Notes: generated by a model not told the origin, from the sequence alone. A DNA stretch of 64,000 nucleotides from Actinomycetes bacterium (GCA_021831125.1 JAKBNI010000001.1:13659-77658), one strand, 5' to 3'. Positions 50,765 through 61,141 are shown, counted from the first letter of the stretch. Program-made: numbers and translations.

Positions 50765-51307
50765 CTAGAGGGAGTGGGCGCGCGCGAAGACGCGCTCCAC
50801 CATCGGCTCGAAGTGCTCGAGGGGCTCGGTGGGGTAGTCCGGGTCGAAGGCCCGCTGGTCCCACTCGTCGGCGAAGCGCTCGGCCAGCCCGTACCAGGGC
50901 TGACCCGCGTGGTGGCGGCGAAGGTCCGGGTCGAGGCCCAGGTGCGCGTAGTAGTAGCGGCCCTGAAAGTCCTGGTGGTGCGCGACCATGGCGCGGACCT
51001 CGTCGCGCACGTAGGGCCGCAGGATCTCCGCGGCGATCCGGGGGTGGTTGGGGACCGAGATGAGCTTGCCGACGTCGTGCAAGAGGGCCGCCACCACGAC
51101 CTGCTCGTCGGCCCCGTCTCGCTCGGCGCGCGTCGCGGTCTGCAGGGCGTGGCCCCTCTGGTCGATCGAGAAGCCGTCGGTGATCTCCGAGAGGCCCCGG
51201 ACCATGTCGATGAGCCGTCGGGCGACCCGGGGCTGGGCCTCGACGGTGCGCGCGGCGATCTCGCCCCACTGCTCGCGCGTGGAGGCGTCCATGCTGGTGA
51301 AGCTCAC
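50765..51307 (-). CDS. HD-domain protein (PhnZ/TmpB-like)
   Basis: HALQTATRA, AALLHDVG, NH, HH, WD motifs. Confidence 0.85.
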   Translation of the reverse strand: MSFTSMDASTREQWGEIAARTVEAQPRVARRLIDMVRGLSEITDGFSIDQRGHALQTATRAERDGADEQVVVAALLHDVGKLISVPNHPRIAAEILRPYVRDEVRAMVAHHQDFQGRYYYAHLGLDPDLRRHHAGQPWYGLAERFADEWDQRAFDPDYPTEPLEHFEPMVERVFARAHSL

Positions 51308-51339
51308 CGGAAAATACTACCCCGATAGGGGTTTTGGCC

Positions 51340-52368
51340 CTAGGGGGCGGCGGCGAGGACCTCCGCCGCGCCGAACTCGCGGTCGCCCGGCTCCGTGGGG
51401 TCGCCGTGCGCGCCGAGGGCCGCGTCGAGCACCGCCGCCAGGGCCCGGAGGAGCTCACGCAGCTCCGGCGGCGGCGGGAAGTACTCCTCCTCCACGGTCG
51501 TCGAGCGGACCTCGACGCCCCCGCGCGGCGCGAGGCGCGCCAGCACCGCCTCGACGAGCGACTCGGGCGCCGAGGCGCCGGCGGTGACCGCGACGACGCC
51601 CGAGAGGCCCTCGGGGAGCTCGTCGGCCCCGTTGACGCGAAGGACCGGCCCGGCACAGACGGTCGCCGCGACCTTCGCCAGGGCCACGGTGTTCGAGGAG
51701 TTGGCCGAGCCGATCACCACCACGGCGTCGGCGTCGGCCGCGGCCTCGCGCAGCGCCGCCTGGCGGTTGGTGGTCGCGAAGCACAGGTCGCTGCGCGTCG
51801 GGGTCCACACCTCGGGGAAGACCTCGCTGACCCGCTCGCGGACGTCGCGCCACTCGTCGAGGCTCAGCGTGGTCTGGTTCAACAGGGCGACCGGCCCGTC
51901 GAGGCCGGCGAGCGCGTCGACGTCGGCCGGGGTCTCGACGAGGCGCACCGCCGCCGGCGCGACGGCCATCGTCCCGACGGCCTCCTCGTGGCCCTCGTGG
52001 CCGACGTAGAGCACGGTGTAGCCCTTGGCCGCGCGCACCCTGAGCTCGTGGTGCACCTTGGTGACCAGGGGGCAGACCGCGTCGACGACGGTGCCGCCGC
52101 GGGCCCGGGCCCGCTCGACGACCTCGGGGGGCGAGCCGTGGGCGCTCAGCATGACCGGGGACCCGGGGGGCACCAGGGCCACGTCGTCGACGAAGACGAC
52201 GCCCCGGCGCCGGAAGTGCTCGACGACCACGCGGTTGTGGACGATCTCGTGGTAGCAGTAGACCGGCGGCTCGAAGACCCGCGTCATCCAGTCGAGGGCC
52301 TTTATCGCCTTCTCGACCCCGGCGCAGAACCCCCGGGGAGCCGCGAGCACGACCTTCTCGACGTCCAC
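51340..52368 (-). CDS. ispH: 4-hydroxy-3-methylbut-2-enyl diphosphate reductase
   Basis: PRGFCAGV, IVHN, SAHG, DAVCPLV, GHEE, LCFATTNRQ, NSSN, AGASAP. Confidence 0.97.
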   Translation of the reverse strand: MDVEKVVLAAPRGFCAGVEKAIKALDWMTRVFEPPVYCYHEIVHNRVVVEHFRRRGVVFVDDVALVPPGSPVMLSAHGSPPEVVERARARGGTVVDAVCPLVTKVHHELRVRAAKGYTVLYVGHEGHEEAVGTMAVAPAAVRLVETPADVDALAGLDGPVALLNQTTLSLDEWRDVRERVSEVFPEVWTPTRSDLCFATTNRQAALREAAADADAVVVIGSANSSNTVALAKVAATVCAGPVLRVNGADELPEGLSGVVAVTAGASAPESLVEAVLARLAPRGGVEVRSTTVEEEYFPPPPELRELLRALAAVLDAALGAHGDPTEPGDREFGAAEVLAAAP

Positions 52369-52416
52369 GGGCTCAGCCTAGTTTCGGTCCCCGGGGCGGC
52401 TGCCTAGGCTGGAGGG

Positions 52417-53799
52417 GTGTCCGGCGCCCGCATTTCCGCGATCACGCCGGGCTCGCCGGCCTCGCGGTGCGGCCTCGCGGTCGGCGACGAGCTGGTGAGC
52501 GTCGAGGGGGTCGCCCCGACCGACATCATCGCCTACCAGCAGCTCGTGGACGGCCCCTCGCCGACCCTGGTCGTGCGCCGTCCCGGGGAGCTCCTGGCCC
52601 GCAAGGTGGTCGTCGACAAGGCCGCCGGGGAGCCCGTGGGCCTGGCCATCGACTCGGCCGTCTTCGACCGAATCCGCACGTGCGACAACCACTGCACCTT
52701 CTGTTTCATCTACCAGCTGCCCAAGGGGCTGCGCCGGTCGCTCTACGTCAAGGACGACGACTACCGGCTCTCGTTCCTCTACGGCAACTACACGACGCTG
52801 ACGCGCTTCACCGAGCTCGACCTGGAGCGGGTGCTCGAGGAGCGGCTCTCGCCGATCTACGTCTCGATCCACACGACGAACCCCGAGCTGCGCGCCGCCA
52901 TGCTGCGCAACCCCCGGGGCGCCACCAGCCTGCGGTGGCTGCGCGAGCTGCTGGCGGCCGGCGTGGCCGTCCACGGCCAGGTGGTGGTCTGCCCGGGGGT
53001 CAACGACGGGGCGGAGCTGGTGCGCACGCTCGATGACGTCGTGACCCTCTACCCCGAGCTGGCGTCGCTCTCGCTCGTGCCGGTCGGGGTGAGCGACCTC
53101 TCGAACGAGGAGACGATGCGCCCGCACACCGCCACCGAGGCCGCACAGGTCGTGGCGCTGGCCGAGCGCTACCAGGTGCTCACCCGCGACCTCTTCGGGT
53201 CGGCCCGGGTCTTCGCGAGCGACGAGTTCTACCTCGTCGCCGGCCTCGACCCCCCCGGGCCCGAGGCCTTCGCCAGTCTGGACGAGGCGGAGAACGGGGT
53301 GGGCATGGTCGCCTCGTTCCGCCAGAGCTTCGTCGAGCGCCGCGCCATGGCGCGCCTCGGTTCGGGCTTCTTCCAGTCCGTGGACGGGGCGCCGGCCCTG
53401 GGGTACCGCGCGTCGCGGGTGGGCCCCGCGACGCCGGCGGGCCCCGACACCGGCCGTGGCGTGACGGTCCTGACCGGCGCCTACGCCGGACCGATCCTGC
53501 GCGAGCTACTCGACGCCCACGGCTACGGGGCCGTCGAGGTCACCGTCGTCGAGAACCGCTACTTCGGTGGCAACATCAAGGTGGCGGGACTGCTCACCGC
53601 CCCCGACCTCAACCGTGCGCTCGCCGGGGTGGCCCCCGGACGGACGTGCCTCCTGCCCGACGTCTGCCTCAACGAGGGGCGCTTCCTCGACGGCTCCACC
53701 CTCGCCGACCTCGTGCGGCCCGTGACACCGGTGGCCACGACCGGGGTCGACCTGCGCCGGGCGCTCGACGACGCCCTCAGCCCGCTCGTGCCCGCGTGA
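52417..53799 (+). CDS. DUF512 / PDZ-containing radical-SAM-like Fe-S protein
   Basis: PDZ-like N-terminus, CDNHCTFC (CxxxCxxC), KDDDYRLSFL, ENGVG. Confidence 0.92.
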   Translation: MSGARISAITPGSPASRCGLAVGDELVSVEGVAPTDIIAYQQLVDGPSPTLVVRRPGELLARKVVVDKAAGEPVGLAIDSAVFDRIRTCDNHCTFCFIYQLPKGLRRSLYVKDDDYRLSFLYGNYTTLTRFTELDLERVLEERLSPIYVSIHTTNPELRAAMLRNPRGATSLRWLRELLAAGVAVHGQVVVCPGVNDGAELVRTLDDVVTLYPELASLSLVPVGVSDLSNEETMRPHTATEAAQVVALAERYQVLTRDLFGSARVFASDEFYLVAGLDPPGPEAFASLDEAENGVGMVASFRQSFVERRAMARLGSGFFQSVDGAPALGYRASRVGPATPAGPDTGRGVTVLTGAYAGPILRELLDAHGYGAVEVTVVENRYFGGNIKVAGLLTAPDLNRALAGVAPGRTCLLPDVCLNEGRFLDGSTLADLVRPVTPVATTGVDLRRALDDALSPLVPA

Positions 53800-55103
53800 G
53801 CCGCCCGCAGGTCGCCGTCGTGGGCCGGCCCAACGTGGGCAAGAGCTCCCTCGTGAACCGGCTGGCCGCCCGGCGCGCCACCGTCGTCGAGCACCAACGC
53901 GGGGTCACCCGCGACCGCACGAGCGTCGAGGTCGAGTGGGCCGGGCACGCCTTCGACGTGGTGGACACCGGTGGCTGGCTCGAGGCCGGCGACGCCCTCG
54001 AGGAGAAGGTCTCGCGCCAGGCCGAGGCCGCCGTCGCCGGGGCCGACCTCGTCCTCGTCGTCGTCGACGCCGAGACCGGGCCGGTCGAGGAGGACGCGCG
54101 CGCCGCGCGCTGGATCCGCCGCAGCCACCGCCCCGTGCTGCTGGTGGCGAACAAGGTCGACGACGCGACCCGCGAGGCGGCGGCCTGGGAGTTCGTGGGG
54201 CTCGGCCTGGGCGACCCCCATCCCGTGAGCGCCCTGCACGGCCGCGGGGCCGGGGAGCTGCTCGACGCGATCGTCGCCCGGCTTCCGGAGGGGGACGTGG
54301 ACCCCCCCGATGAGCCGGCCGAGGCGACGGCGACGTCGGGCGAGGAGCTGCGGGTGGCGATCGTGGGCCGGCCCAACGTGGGCAAGTCCACTCTCTTCAA
54401 CCGGCTCATCGGCGAGGAGCGCTCGGTCGTGCACGACCTGCCGGGCACGACCCGCGACGCGGTGGACACCGTGGTCGAGACCGACGACGGGCCCGTGCGC
54501 TTCATCGACACCGCCGGACTGCGTCGTCGCGCGAAGACCGAGGCGGGGGTCGACACCTACGCGACGCTGCGCAGCCTGAAGGCCCTCGACGGCGCCGACC
54601 TCGCGATCCTCGTGATCGACGCGACCGTGGGGGCCACCGGGCAGGACCAGCGCCTCGCCGAGCGGATCGCCGGCGCGGGCTGCCCCGCGGTGGTCGTGCT
54701 CAACAAGTGGGAGCTCGTCCCCACCGAGGCCCGACCGGGCGTGCTCGCGACGGTGGGCGAGCGCCTCGCCTTCTTGGGCGACGCGCCCGTGCTCAAGACC
54801 ACCGCCACCTCGGGACGCGGGGTGCACCGGCTGTGGCCGGCGCTCGTCACGGCCGCCGAGGACTACGCCAAGCGCGTGCCCACCGGCGCCCTCAACCGGG
54901 CGATCCGCGACCTCCAGCAGCGCCAGCCGGCGCCCACGGGCAAGATCCGCTACGCGGTCCAGGGGGCGAGTGAGCCCCCGACCTTCACGCTCTTCGTGGC
55001 GGGCCGCCTGCCCGCGACCTACCTGCGCTACGTCGAGCGCAGCCTGCGCGAGCGCTTCGGGCTGGGGACGTCCCCGATCAGGGTCAGGGTGCGCGCGGAG
55101 TAG
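53796..55103 (+). CDS. der: ribosome biogenesis GTPase Der (EngA)
   Basis: Two GRPNVGKS P-loops, DTGG/DTAG, NKVD/NKWE. Confidence 0.97.
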   Translation: MSRPQVAVVGRPNVGKSSLVNRLAARRATVVEHQRGVTRDRTSVEVEWAGHAFDVVDTGGWLEAGDALEEKVSRQAEAAVAGADLVLVVVDAETGPVEEDARAARWIRRSHRPVLLVANKVDDATREAAAWEFVGLGLGDPHPVSALHGRGAGELLDAIVARLPEGDVDPPDEPAEATATSGEELRVAIVGRPNVGKSTLFNRLIGEERSVVHDLPGTTRDAVDTVVETDDGPVRFIDTAGLRRRAKTEAGVDTYATLRSLKALDGADLAILVIDATVGATGQDQRLAERIAGAGCPAVVVLNKWELVPTEARPGVLATVGERLAFLGDAPVLKTTATSGRGVHRLWPALVTAAEDYAKRVPTGALNRAIRDLQQRQPAPTGKIRYAVQGASEPPTFTLFVAGRLPATYLRYVERSLRERFGLGTSPIRVRVRAE

Positions 55104-55285
55104 TGGAGCGCTGGTGTGAGACGTGCGACCGCCCCGTCGAGGGCGAGGTCTGCGAGGTCTGCGGCGAGCCGGTCCCCGAGCCGACCCACGAGCCGGTCCC
55201 GTGGCGCTGGCGGCTCTTCATCGTCGCCTCGGTCATCTACCTGGGTTACCGGATCTACCAGCTGATCCACTGGCTCGCCCACTGA
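55103..55285 (+). CDS. small zinc-ribbon membrane protein
   Basis: CETC-x8-CEVC plus a C-terminal TM helix; TAGTG overlap with der. Confidence 0.7.
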   Translation: MERWCETCDRPVEGEVCEVCGEPVPEPTHEPVPWRWRLFIVASVIYLGYRIYQLIHWLAH

Positions 55286-55321
55286 GCCTCGGTAGTGTGG
55301 CCAGCGTTCGAAGGAGACACC

Positions 55322-55837
55322 GTGCCGATCTACGCCCTTGGTGAGCGCACCCCGACCATCCACCCCGACGCCTTCGTCCACCCCGACGCGGTGGTGATAG
55401 GCGACGTGCGCGTCGGCGCCGACTCCTCGGTCTGGCCCGGGGCCGTGCTGCGCGGCGACTACGGGACCGTCATCGTGGGCGAGCGCACCTCGATCCAGGA
55501 CGGCACGGTCGTGCACGCCGTCGCCGAGTTCCCGACCGTCATCGGCAGCGACTGCGTGGTCGGCCACCTCGCCCATCTCGAGGGCTGCGTGATCGACGAC
55601 GGCGCCCTCGTGGGGAGCGGGTCGATCGTCCTTCACCAGGCGACCGTCCACTCGGGCGCGACCGTCGCGGCGGGCGCGGTGGTGCGCAACCGCACCGACG
55701 TGCCCGAGGGGGCACTCGCGGTGGGGGTGCCCGCGAGCGTGCGCGAGGGGGCGAGCGACCGCGAGCTCATCCGCCGCTCGGCGGAGCTCTACGTCGCCAA
55801 CGCCCGGCGCTACCGCGAGCAGCTGCGCGCGCTCTAG
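55322..55837 (+). CDS. gamma carbonic anhydrase family (hexapeptide repeat) protein
   Basis: IGDV, VLRGD, IQD..VVH, VGH..HL; AAGGAG RBS. Confidence 0.93.
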   Translation: MPIYALGERTPTIHPDAFVHPDAVVIGDVRVGADSSVWPGAVLRGDYGTVIVGERTSIQDGTVVHAVAEFPTVIGSDCVVGHLAHLEGCVIDDGALVGSGSIVLHQATVHSGATVAAGAVVRNRTDVPEGALAVGVPASVREGASDRELIRRSAELYVANARRYREQLRAL

Positions 55838-56799
55838 GCGTTGGTGAGCGCCACGAGCCGCTCCAGGGCGCGCGCGGCGTGGCCCTCGACGACGGCGGCG
55901 CTCGCCAGCGCGAAGCCCTGCACCAGCGTCTCGGCCCGGCCCGCGACCCGTAGCGCCAGGGCGGCGTTGGCGCACACCACGTCGAAGACGGGGCCCTGAC
56001 GGCCCTCGAGGAAGGCCCGCACCACGGCCACGTTGTGGGCGAGGTCGCCGCCGCGAATCGCCTCGGTCTCGTGACGCAGCCCGAGCTCGCCGGGTGCGTC
56101 GAGCGTCTCGGGCACGACCGCGAGGGGCGTGACCACCATGAGCCGCGAGGGCGTGGCCAAGGTGAGCTCGTCGAGGCCGTCGCCGCCGTGCACCAGGATC
56201 GAGTGGTCCGTCCCGCGCGCGTGCAGGACCCTCGCCATGCGCTCGAGCTGGGGCTCGTGGGCGACCCCGATCAGCGCGCGGCGCACGAGGGCGGGGTTGG
56301 CCAGCGGGCCGAGGACGTTGAACACGGTGCGAAAGTTGAGGGCCCGGCGGATCGGCCCGAGGTAGCCCAGGCCCTGGTGGTACGCGGGGGCGAAGAGGAA
56401 GCCGATCCCGGCCTCGGCGACGCAGGCGGCGGCGACCTCGGGGGGCACGTCGAGGCGCACTCCGAGCGCCTCGAGCACGTCGGCGGCGCCCACCGAGGAG
56501 GAGGCGGCGCGATTGCCGTGCTTGGCGACGGGCACCCCGCACCCCGCGACCGCGAGCGCGGCCATGGTCGAGACGTTCACGGAGTGGAGCTGGTCGCCCC
56601 CCGTCCCCACGATGTCGATGGCGGCGGGCCCGACGTCGAAGGTCGTCGCCGCGTCGATCATCGCGTCGACGAAACCGGTCATCTCCTCGACGGTCTCGCC
56701 CTTGACCGTGAGGGCCGTGAGGAAGCTCGCGATCTGCACGCCCTCGACCCGCCCGGCCAGGATCTCGGCCAGGGCGTCGCGCGCCGCGACGCGCTCCAT
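55834..56799 (-). CDS. trpD: anthranilate phosphoribosyltransferase
   Basis: DIVGTGGD, NVST, KHGNR, RTVFNVLGPL.NP, DGLDE; start probably ATG 56799. Confidence 0.96.
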   Translation of the reverse strand: MERVAARDALAEILAGRVEGVQIASFLTALTVKGETVEEMTGFVDAMIDAATTFDVGPAAIDIVGTGGDQLHSVNVSTMAALAVAGCGVPVAKHGNRAASSSVGAADVLEALGVRLDVPPEVAAACVAEAGIGFLFAPAYHQGLGYLGPIRRALNFRTVFNVLGPLANPALVRRALIGVAHEPQLERMARVLHARGTDHSILVHGGDGLDELTLATPSRLMVVTPLAVVPETLDAPGELGLRHETEAIRGGDLAHNVAVVRAFLEGRQGPVFDVVCANAALALRVAGRAETLVQGFALASAAVVEGHAARALERLVALTNA

Positions 56800-56926
56800 G
56801 TCGGTGCCGCGCACGAGGGGGTTCAAGACCTCCAGGGCGAACGACGCGATCACGCGAGGGCCCGACGCAACATCTCGCAACGATACCCGTGGTCGTCCCG
56901 AGGGCCGACCCGGGTACCATGCCGTG

Positions 56927-58342
56927 ATGGGCGCCACGTACCTCGACGACATCGTCGCGTGGCACCGGGAGCGGGCTCGCGCCGACGAGCGTGACTGGCG
57001 CGCCCGACTCGAGTCGCCGCGTCACGTCGGCCCGTCGGCCCGCGCGGCGCTGGCCGCGGGCCCGCACGTGCGCGTCATCGCCGAGGTCAAGCGCCGCTCC
57101 CCGTCGCGAGGGGCCCTTCGAGCCGAGCTCGACGCCGCTGACCAGGCCCGTGCGTACGTGGCGGGTGGCGCGGCCATGGTCTCGGTCCTCACCGACGGGC
57201 CCCACTTCGCGGGCTCCCTCGAGGACCTGGTCGCGGTGGGCGCCGCCGTGGACGTGCCCCTGTTGCGCAAGGACTTCACCGTGGCGGAGAACGACGTGCT
57301 CGACGCGCGCGACGCCGGGGCCGCGGCGGTCCTGCTCATCGTGGCGGCCCTCGACGACGACGAGCTCTCGCGCCTCCACTCCCTCGCTCACCGGTTCGGC
57401 CTCGACGCCCTCGTGGAGGTGCACGACGAGGGCGAAGCGGCGCGCGCGCGCGACCTCGGCGCGACCCTCGTCGGGGTGAACCAGCGGGACCTGCGCACCT
57501 TCGCCGTCGATCCCGAGCGGGCCGCGCGCGTGGCGGCGTCGCTGCCCGCAGGGTGTGTGAGGGTGTGCGAGTCCGGTCTCGCCACGCCCGCGGACGTGCG
57601 CCGGGCCGCCGACGCGGGCTTCGACGCGGTGCTCGTGGGCGAGGCCTTCGTCACGGCCGACGACCCGGCCGCGACCGTGGGGGCCTTCGCCACGGTCGCC
57701 CGGCGCCACCCCCTCGACGGTGCGGTCAAGATCTGCGGGGTGACCAGCGTCGAGGACGCGCTGGTGTGCGCTGAGGCCGGTGCCGACGCCGTCGGCCTGA
57801 TCCTCGCCCCGTCGTCTCGCCGCGTCTCCCCGGAGCGGGCCCGCGAAATCGCCGCCGCGCTCGCGGGACGCGCGACGCGCGTGGCGGTGTTCAAGGACCA
57901 GCCCAGCGACGAGGTCCGCGCGGCCCTGGCGGGGCTCGAGATCGACGCCGTCCAGGTGCACGGCCCCCTCGAGGACGCGCTGCTCGACGACCTGCGCGCC
58001 CGCGGGGTCCGAGTGATCAAGGCCCTCAGCGTCGGTGAGGGGGAGTGGTCGAGCTTCGACGACCGTCGCGTCGACGCGGTGCTCGTCGACGGCTCCGTGC
58101 CGGGCTCGGGCCGGCGCCACGGCTACCGCGGGCGCGCCGAGCGGCCCTTCGCGGTGCCGGTGATCGTCGCGGGCGGGCTCGACGCGACCAACGTCGCCGA
58201 GGTGGTCCGGGTGACCGGCGCCGACGGCGTGGACTGCGCGACCGGCGTCGAGTACGCCCCCGGGCGCAAGGACCCGGCCCGGGTCCGCGCGTTCGTCGCG
58301 GCGGCGCGCGGCGCGCTGGAGCGCACGAGGGCGGAGCGATGA
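56927..58342 (+). CDS. trpCF: bifunctional indole-3-glycerol-phosphate synthase / phosphoribosylanthranilate isomerase
   Basis: [25 protein letters not shown] (TrpC) fused in frame to VKICG, VQVHG, AGGL, GVE...GRKD (TrpF). Confidence 0.93.
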   Translation: MGATYLDDIVAWHRERARADERDWRARLESPRHVGPSARAALAAGPHVRVIAEVKRRSPSRGALRAELDAADQARAYVAGGAAMVSVLTDGPHFAGSLEDLVAVGAAVDVPLLRKDFTVAENDVLDARDAGAAAVLLIVAALDDDELSRLHSLAHRFGLDALVEVHDEGEAARARDLGATLVGVNQRDLRTFAVDPERAARVAASLPAGCVRVCESGLATPADVRRAADAGFDAVLVGEAFVTADDPAATVGAFATVARRHPLDGAVKICGVTSVEDALVCAEAGADAVGLILAPSSRRVSPERAREIAAALAGRATRVAVFKDQPSDEVRAALAGLEIDAVQVHGPLEDALLDDLRARGVRVIKALSVGEGEWSSFDDRRVDAVLVDGSVPGSGRRHGYRGRAERPFAVPVIVAGGLDATNVAEVVRVTGADGVDCATGVEYAPGRKDPARVRAFVAAARGALERTRAER

Positions 58343-59511
58343 GCGTGATGGGGCCGCCCGACGGACGCGGCCGCTTCGGCGACTTCGGGGGGCGCTTCGT
58401 GCCCGAGGCCCTCGTGCCGGCCTGCCTCGAGCTCGAGGCGGCCTTCGCCGCGGCCTGGGCCGACCCGGCCTTCGTGGCCGAGTTCCACGAGACGCTGCGC
58501 CTCTTCGGTGGGCGACCGACCCCGGTGACGCCCCTGCCGCGGCTCTCCGAGCGGCTCGGACTGCGCGTCTACGCCAAGCGCGAGGACCTCGCCCACACCG
58601 GCTCGCACAAGATCAACAACGTCGTCGGCCAGACGCTGCTCACCCGACGCATGGGCAAGGGACGGGTGATCGCCGAGACGGGGGCCGGCCAGCACGGGGT
58701 CGCCACCGCGACCGCCGCGGCCCGTCTCGGCCTCGAGTGCACGGTCTTCATGGGCGAGGTCGACACCCGACGCCAGGAGCTGAACGTCTTTCGGATGGAG
58801 CTGCTCGGGGCGAGGGTCGTGCCCGTGACCTCGGGGAGCCGCACCCTGAAAGATGCCGTCAACGAGGCGCTGCGCGAGTGGGTCACCTGTGTCGAGGACA
58901 CCCACTACTGCATCGGCTCGGTGATGGGGCCCCACCCGTTCCCGTGGATGGTGCGCGAGTTCCAGCGCGTCATCGGCGACGAGGCCCGCACCCAGCTCGA
59001 GGAGCTCGGTGTCGGCGTGCCCGACGTCGTCGTCGCCTGCGTCGGCGGGGGCTCGAACGCGGCCGGGGTCTTCGCCGGCTTCGCCGACACCCCGGCGCGG
59101 CTCGTGGGTGTCGAGGCGGCCGGCGGGTCGGCCATCGGTCACGGCGCGCCCGGGGTCCTGCACGGGATGCGCTCGATGCTCCTCCAGGACGAGTACGGCC
59201 AGATCGAGGAGGCCCAGTCGATCTCGGCCGGGCTCGACTACCCGGGCATCGGGCCCGAGCACGCCCACCTCGCCGCCACGGGGCGCGCGAACTACGTCGG
59301 GGTCTCGGACGACGAGGTCCTCGCCGGGCTCACCCTCTTGAGCGAGACCGAGGGGATCATCCCCGCGCTCGAGACGGCCCACGCCGTCGCCTGGCTCGCC
59401 GGCGCCGCCGGCAACGAGCTGGCCGCGGGGACGACGGTCCTGATCAACCTGTCGGGCCGGGGCGACAAGGACGTGGCCCAGGTCCGGGCGCTCCTGCGAG
59501 GCGAGCGGTGA
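58339..59511 (+). CDS. trpB: tryptophan synthase beta chain
   Basis: [44 protein letters not shown]. Confidence 0.98.
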   Translation: MSVMGPPDGRGRFGDFGGRFVPEALVPACLELEAAFAAAWADPAFVAEFHETLRLFGGRPTPVTPLPRLSERLGLRVYAKREDLAHTGSHKINNVVGQTLLTRRMGKGRVIAETGAGQHGVATATAAARLGLECTVFMGEVDTRRQELNVFRMELLGARVVPVTSGSRTLKDAVNEALREWVTCVEDTHYCIGSVMGPHPFPWMVREFQRVIGDEARTQLEELGVGVPDVVVACVGGGSNAAGVFAGFADTPARLVGVEAAGGSAIGHGAPGVLHGMRSMLLQDEYGQIEEAQSISAGLDYPGIGPEHAHLAATGRANYVGVSDDEVLAGLTLLSETEGIIPALETAHAVAWLAGAAGNELAAGTTVLINLSGRGDKDVAQVRALLRGER

Positions 59512-60281
59512 CGACCCTCGACGAGCGCCTGGGCGCCCTGCGTGACGGGGGGCGGCGCGCCCTCGTCCCCTACCTGATGGCGGGGGTCCGACCGGACTGG
59601 GGTCGCCTCCTCGAGGCGCTCGTGGCCGGCGGCGCCGACGCGATCGAGGTGGGCCTGCCCTTCTCGGACCCCATGATGGACGGCCCGGTGATCCAAGAGG
59701 CCGCCCTCGCGGCCCTGGCGGCCGGTACCACCTTCGACTCGGTGGTCGCCGAGCTGGCCTCGCTCGACCTCGGGGTGCCGCTCGTGGCGATGACCTACTG
59801 CAACGTCGTCTACCACTACGGCCTCGAACGGGCCGCCGGGCGACTGCGCGAGGCTGGGGTGCTCGGGGCGATCCTGCCCGACCTCGCGCTCGAGGAGCTC
59901 GGCGAGTGGTCCGCGGCGGGCGACGACGCCGACCTCGCGACCGTGCTCATGGTCGCGCCCGCGACGCCGCCGGAGCGCGTCGCCGCGGTCGTCGAGCGCT
60001 CCCGGGGATTCGTCTACGCCGCGGCGCGCATGGCCGTCACGGGCGCGGCCGACGGCCTCGGCGACGGCGCGGCGGTCGTTGCGCGGATCCGCGCGGTCTC
60101 GCGGACCCCGGCCTACGTGGGCATCGGCATCGCGAGCCCCGAGCAGGCCCGGGCGGCCACGCGAGTGGCCGACGGGGCGATCGTCGGCTCTGCCCTCGTG
60201 CGCCGGGTCCTCGACGGGTCGAGTCCCGAAGAGGTCCAGTCCTTCGTGCGTGGGCTGCGCGAGGCGATCGACCACCCGTAG
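59508..60281 (+). CDS. trpA: tryptophan synthase alpha chain
   Basis: [27 protein letters not shown]. Confidence 0.97.
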   Translation: MTTLDERLGALRDGGRRALVPYLMAGVRPDWGRLLEALVAGGADAIEVGLPFSDPMMDGPVIQEAALAALAAGTTFDSVVAELASLDLGVPLVAMTYCNVVYHYGLERAAGRLREAGVLGAILPDLALEELGEWSAAGDDADLATVLMVAPATPPERVAAVVERSRGFVYAAARMAVTGAADGLGDGAAVVARIRAVSRTPAYVGIGIASPEQARAATRVADGAIVGSALVRRVLDGSSPEEVQSFVRGLREAIDHP

Positions 60282-60296
60282 GGACTTTGGTCCCTG
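60279..60296. promoter_or_regulatory. DosR/DevR-like palindromic box
   Basis: TAGGGACTTTGGTCCCTG resembles GGGACTWWAGTCCC; upstream of satP-acs. Confidence 0.35.
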
Positions 60297-60422
60297 GCGC
60301 GGGTCCCACAGCCGTTCTCCCGCAAGCGCGTTGTGGACATCCCACGCCGGGTGGCCCGGATGGTGTGTAATCACTGTGGGCCGTCACCCCGACGGCCCGA
60401 CACACACGTGTGGGGGGAATTA

Positions 60423-60980
60423 ATGGAACACAAAGTCGCGGACCCGGGCCCTTTGGGGCTTGCCGGGTTCGCAATGACCACCTTCTGCCTCAGCAGCGCT
60501 AACGCCAACATCTGGCACGGCGGCGGTGTGGCAGCGGCGCTGGCCCTGGCCTTCTTCTACGGCGGCCTGGCCCAGCTCTTGGCTGGGATGTGGGAGTTCA
60601 TCCGCAAGAACACCTTCGGCGCGGTCGCGTTCACGTCGTACGGTGCCTTCTGGCTGGCCTTCTACGCCCTGATCAAGTTCAACGTAGGGGCGGGGACCGA
60701 CACCGTCGGGATCTTCCTATTGGGTTGGACCATCTTTACCCTGTACATGACGATTGCGGCCGCCAAGACCAACATGGCGGTCTTCGTCGTCTTCATCCTC
60801 CTGTCGGTGACCTTCATCCTCCTGACCATCGGCGCCTGGGGCGCCGGGCACGCCACCGCGACGCACTGGGGCGGCTACATCGGCCTCGCCACGGCGGCCG
60901 GAGCCTGGTACGCCTCGATGGCGGGGGTCGTGAACGAGACCCACGGAAAAGTGGTGTTCCCGGTCGGTCCGCGCGGCTAA
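60423..60980 (+). CDS. satP: acetate uptake transporter, GPR1/FUN34/YaaH (SatP) family
   Basis: ADPGPLGLAGF signature, YGG..Q, NTFG...F.SYG.FW; six TM helices; next to acs. Confidence 0.92.
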   Translation: MEHKVADPGPLGLAGFAMTTFCLSSANANIWHGGGVAAALALAFFYGGLAQLLAGMWEFIRKNTFGAVAFTSYGAFWLAFYALIKFNVGAGTDTVGIFLLGWTIFTLYMTIAAAKTNMAVFVVFILLSVTFILLTIGAWGAGHATATHWGGYIGLATAAGAWYASMAGVVNETHGKVVFPVGPRG

Positions 60981-61017
60981 CCTAGGGGTCACTGGTGGCT
61001 TGCCACCGGACCCAACC

Positions 61018-61063
61018 GCCAACAGCGCCCGCTCCGCGAGGAGTCGGGCGCTGTTGGCATTTT
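61018..61063 (+). terminator. intrinsic terminator-like hairpin between satP and acs
   Basis: GCCAACAGCGCCCG/CGGGCGCTGTTGGC 14-bp stem plus inner CTCC-GCGA-GGAG, followed by ATTTT. Confidence 0.7.
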
Positions 61064-61141
61064 CGGGCGAATGAGGGGTACTGTCAGGAAAGTCGCCGAC
61101 GAGGGTTCGGTCGAGAGGGACACCAACGACTAGGGGGAACG

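Noticed and set aside
51326-51343. Second DosR-like palindrome TAGGGGTTTTGGCCCTAG
   Set aside because: Arm spacing is one base short of the consensus and it overlaps the ispH stop; likely chance
56800-56926. trp attenuator/leader peptide
   Set aside because: No convincing short ORF with tandem Trp codons and no terminator; trpCF appears leaderless
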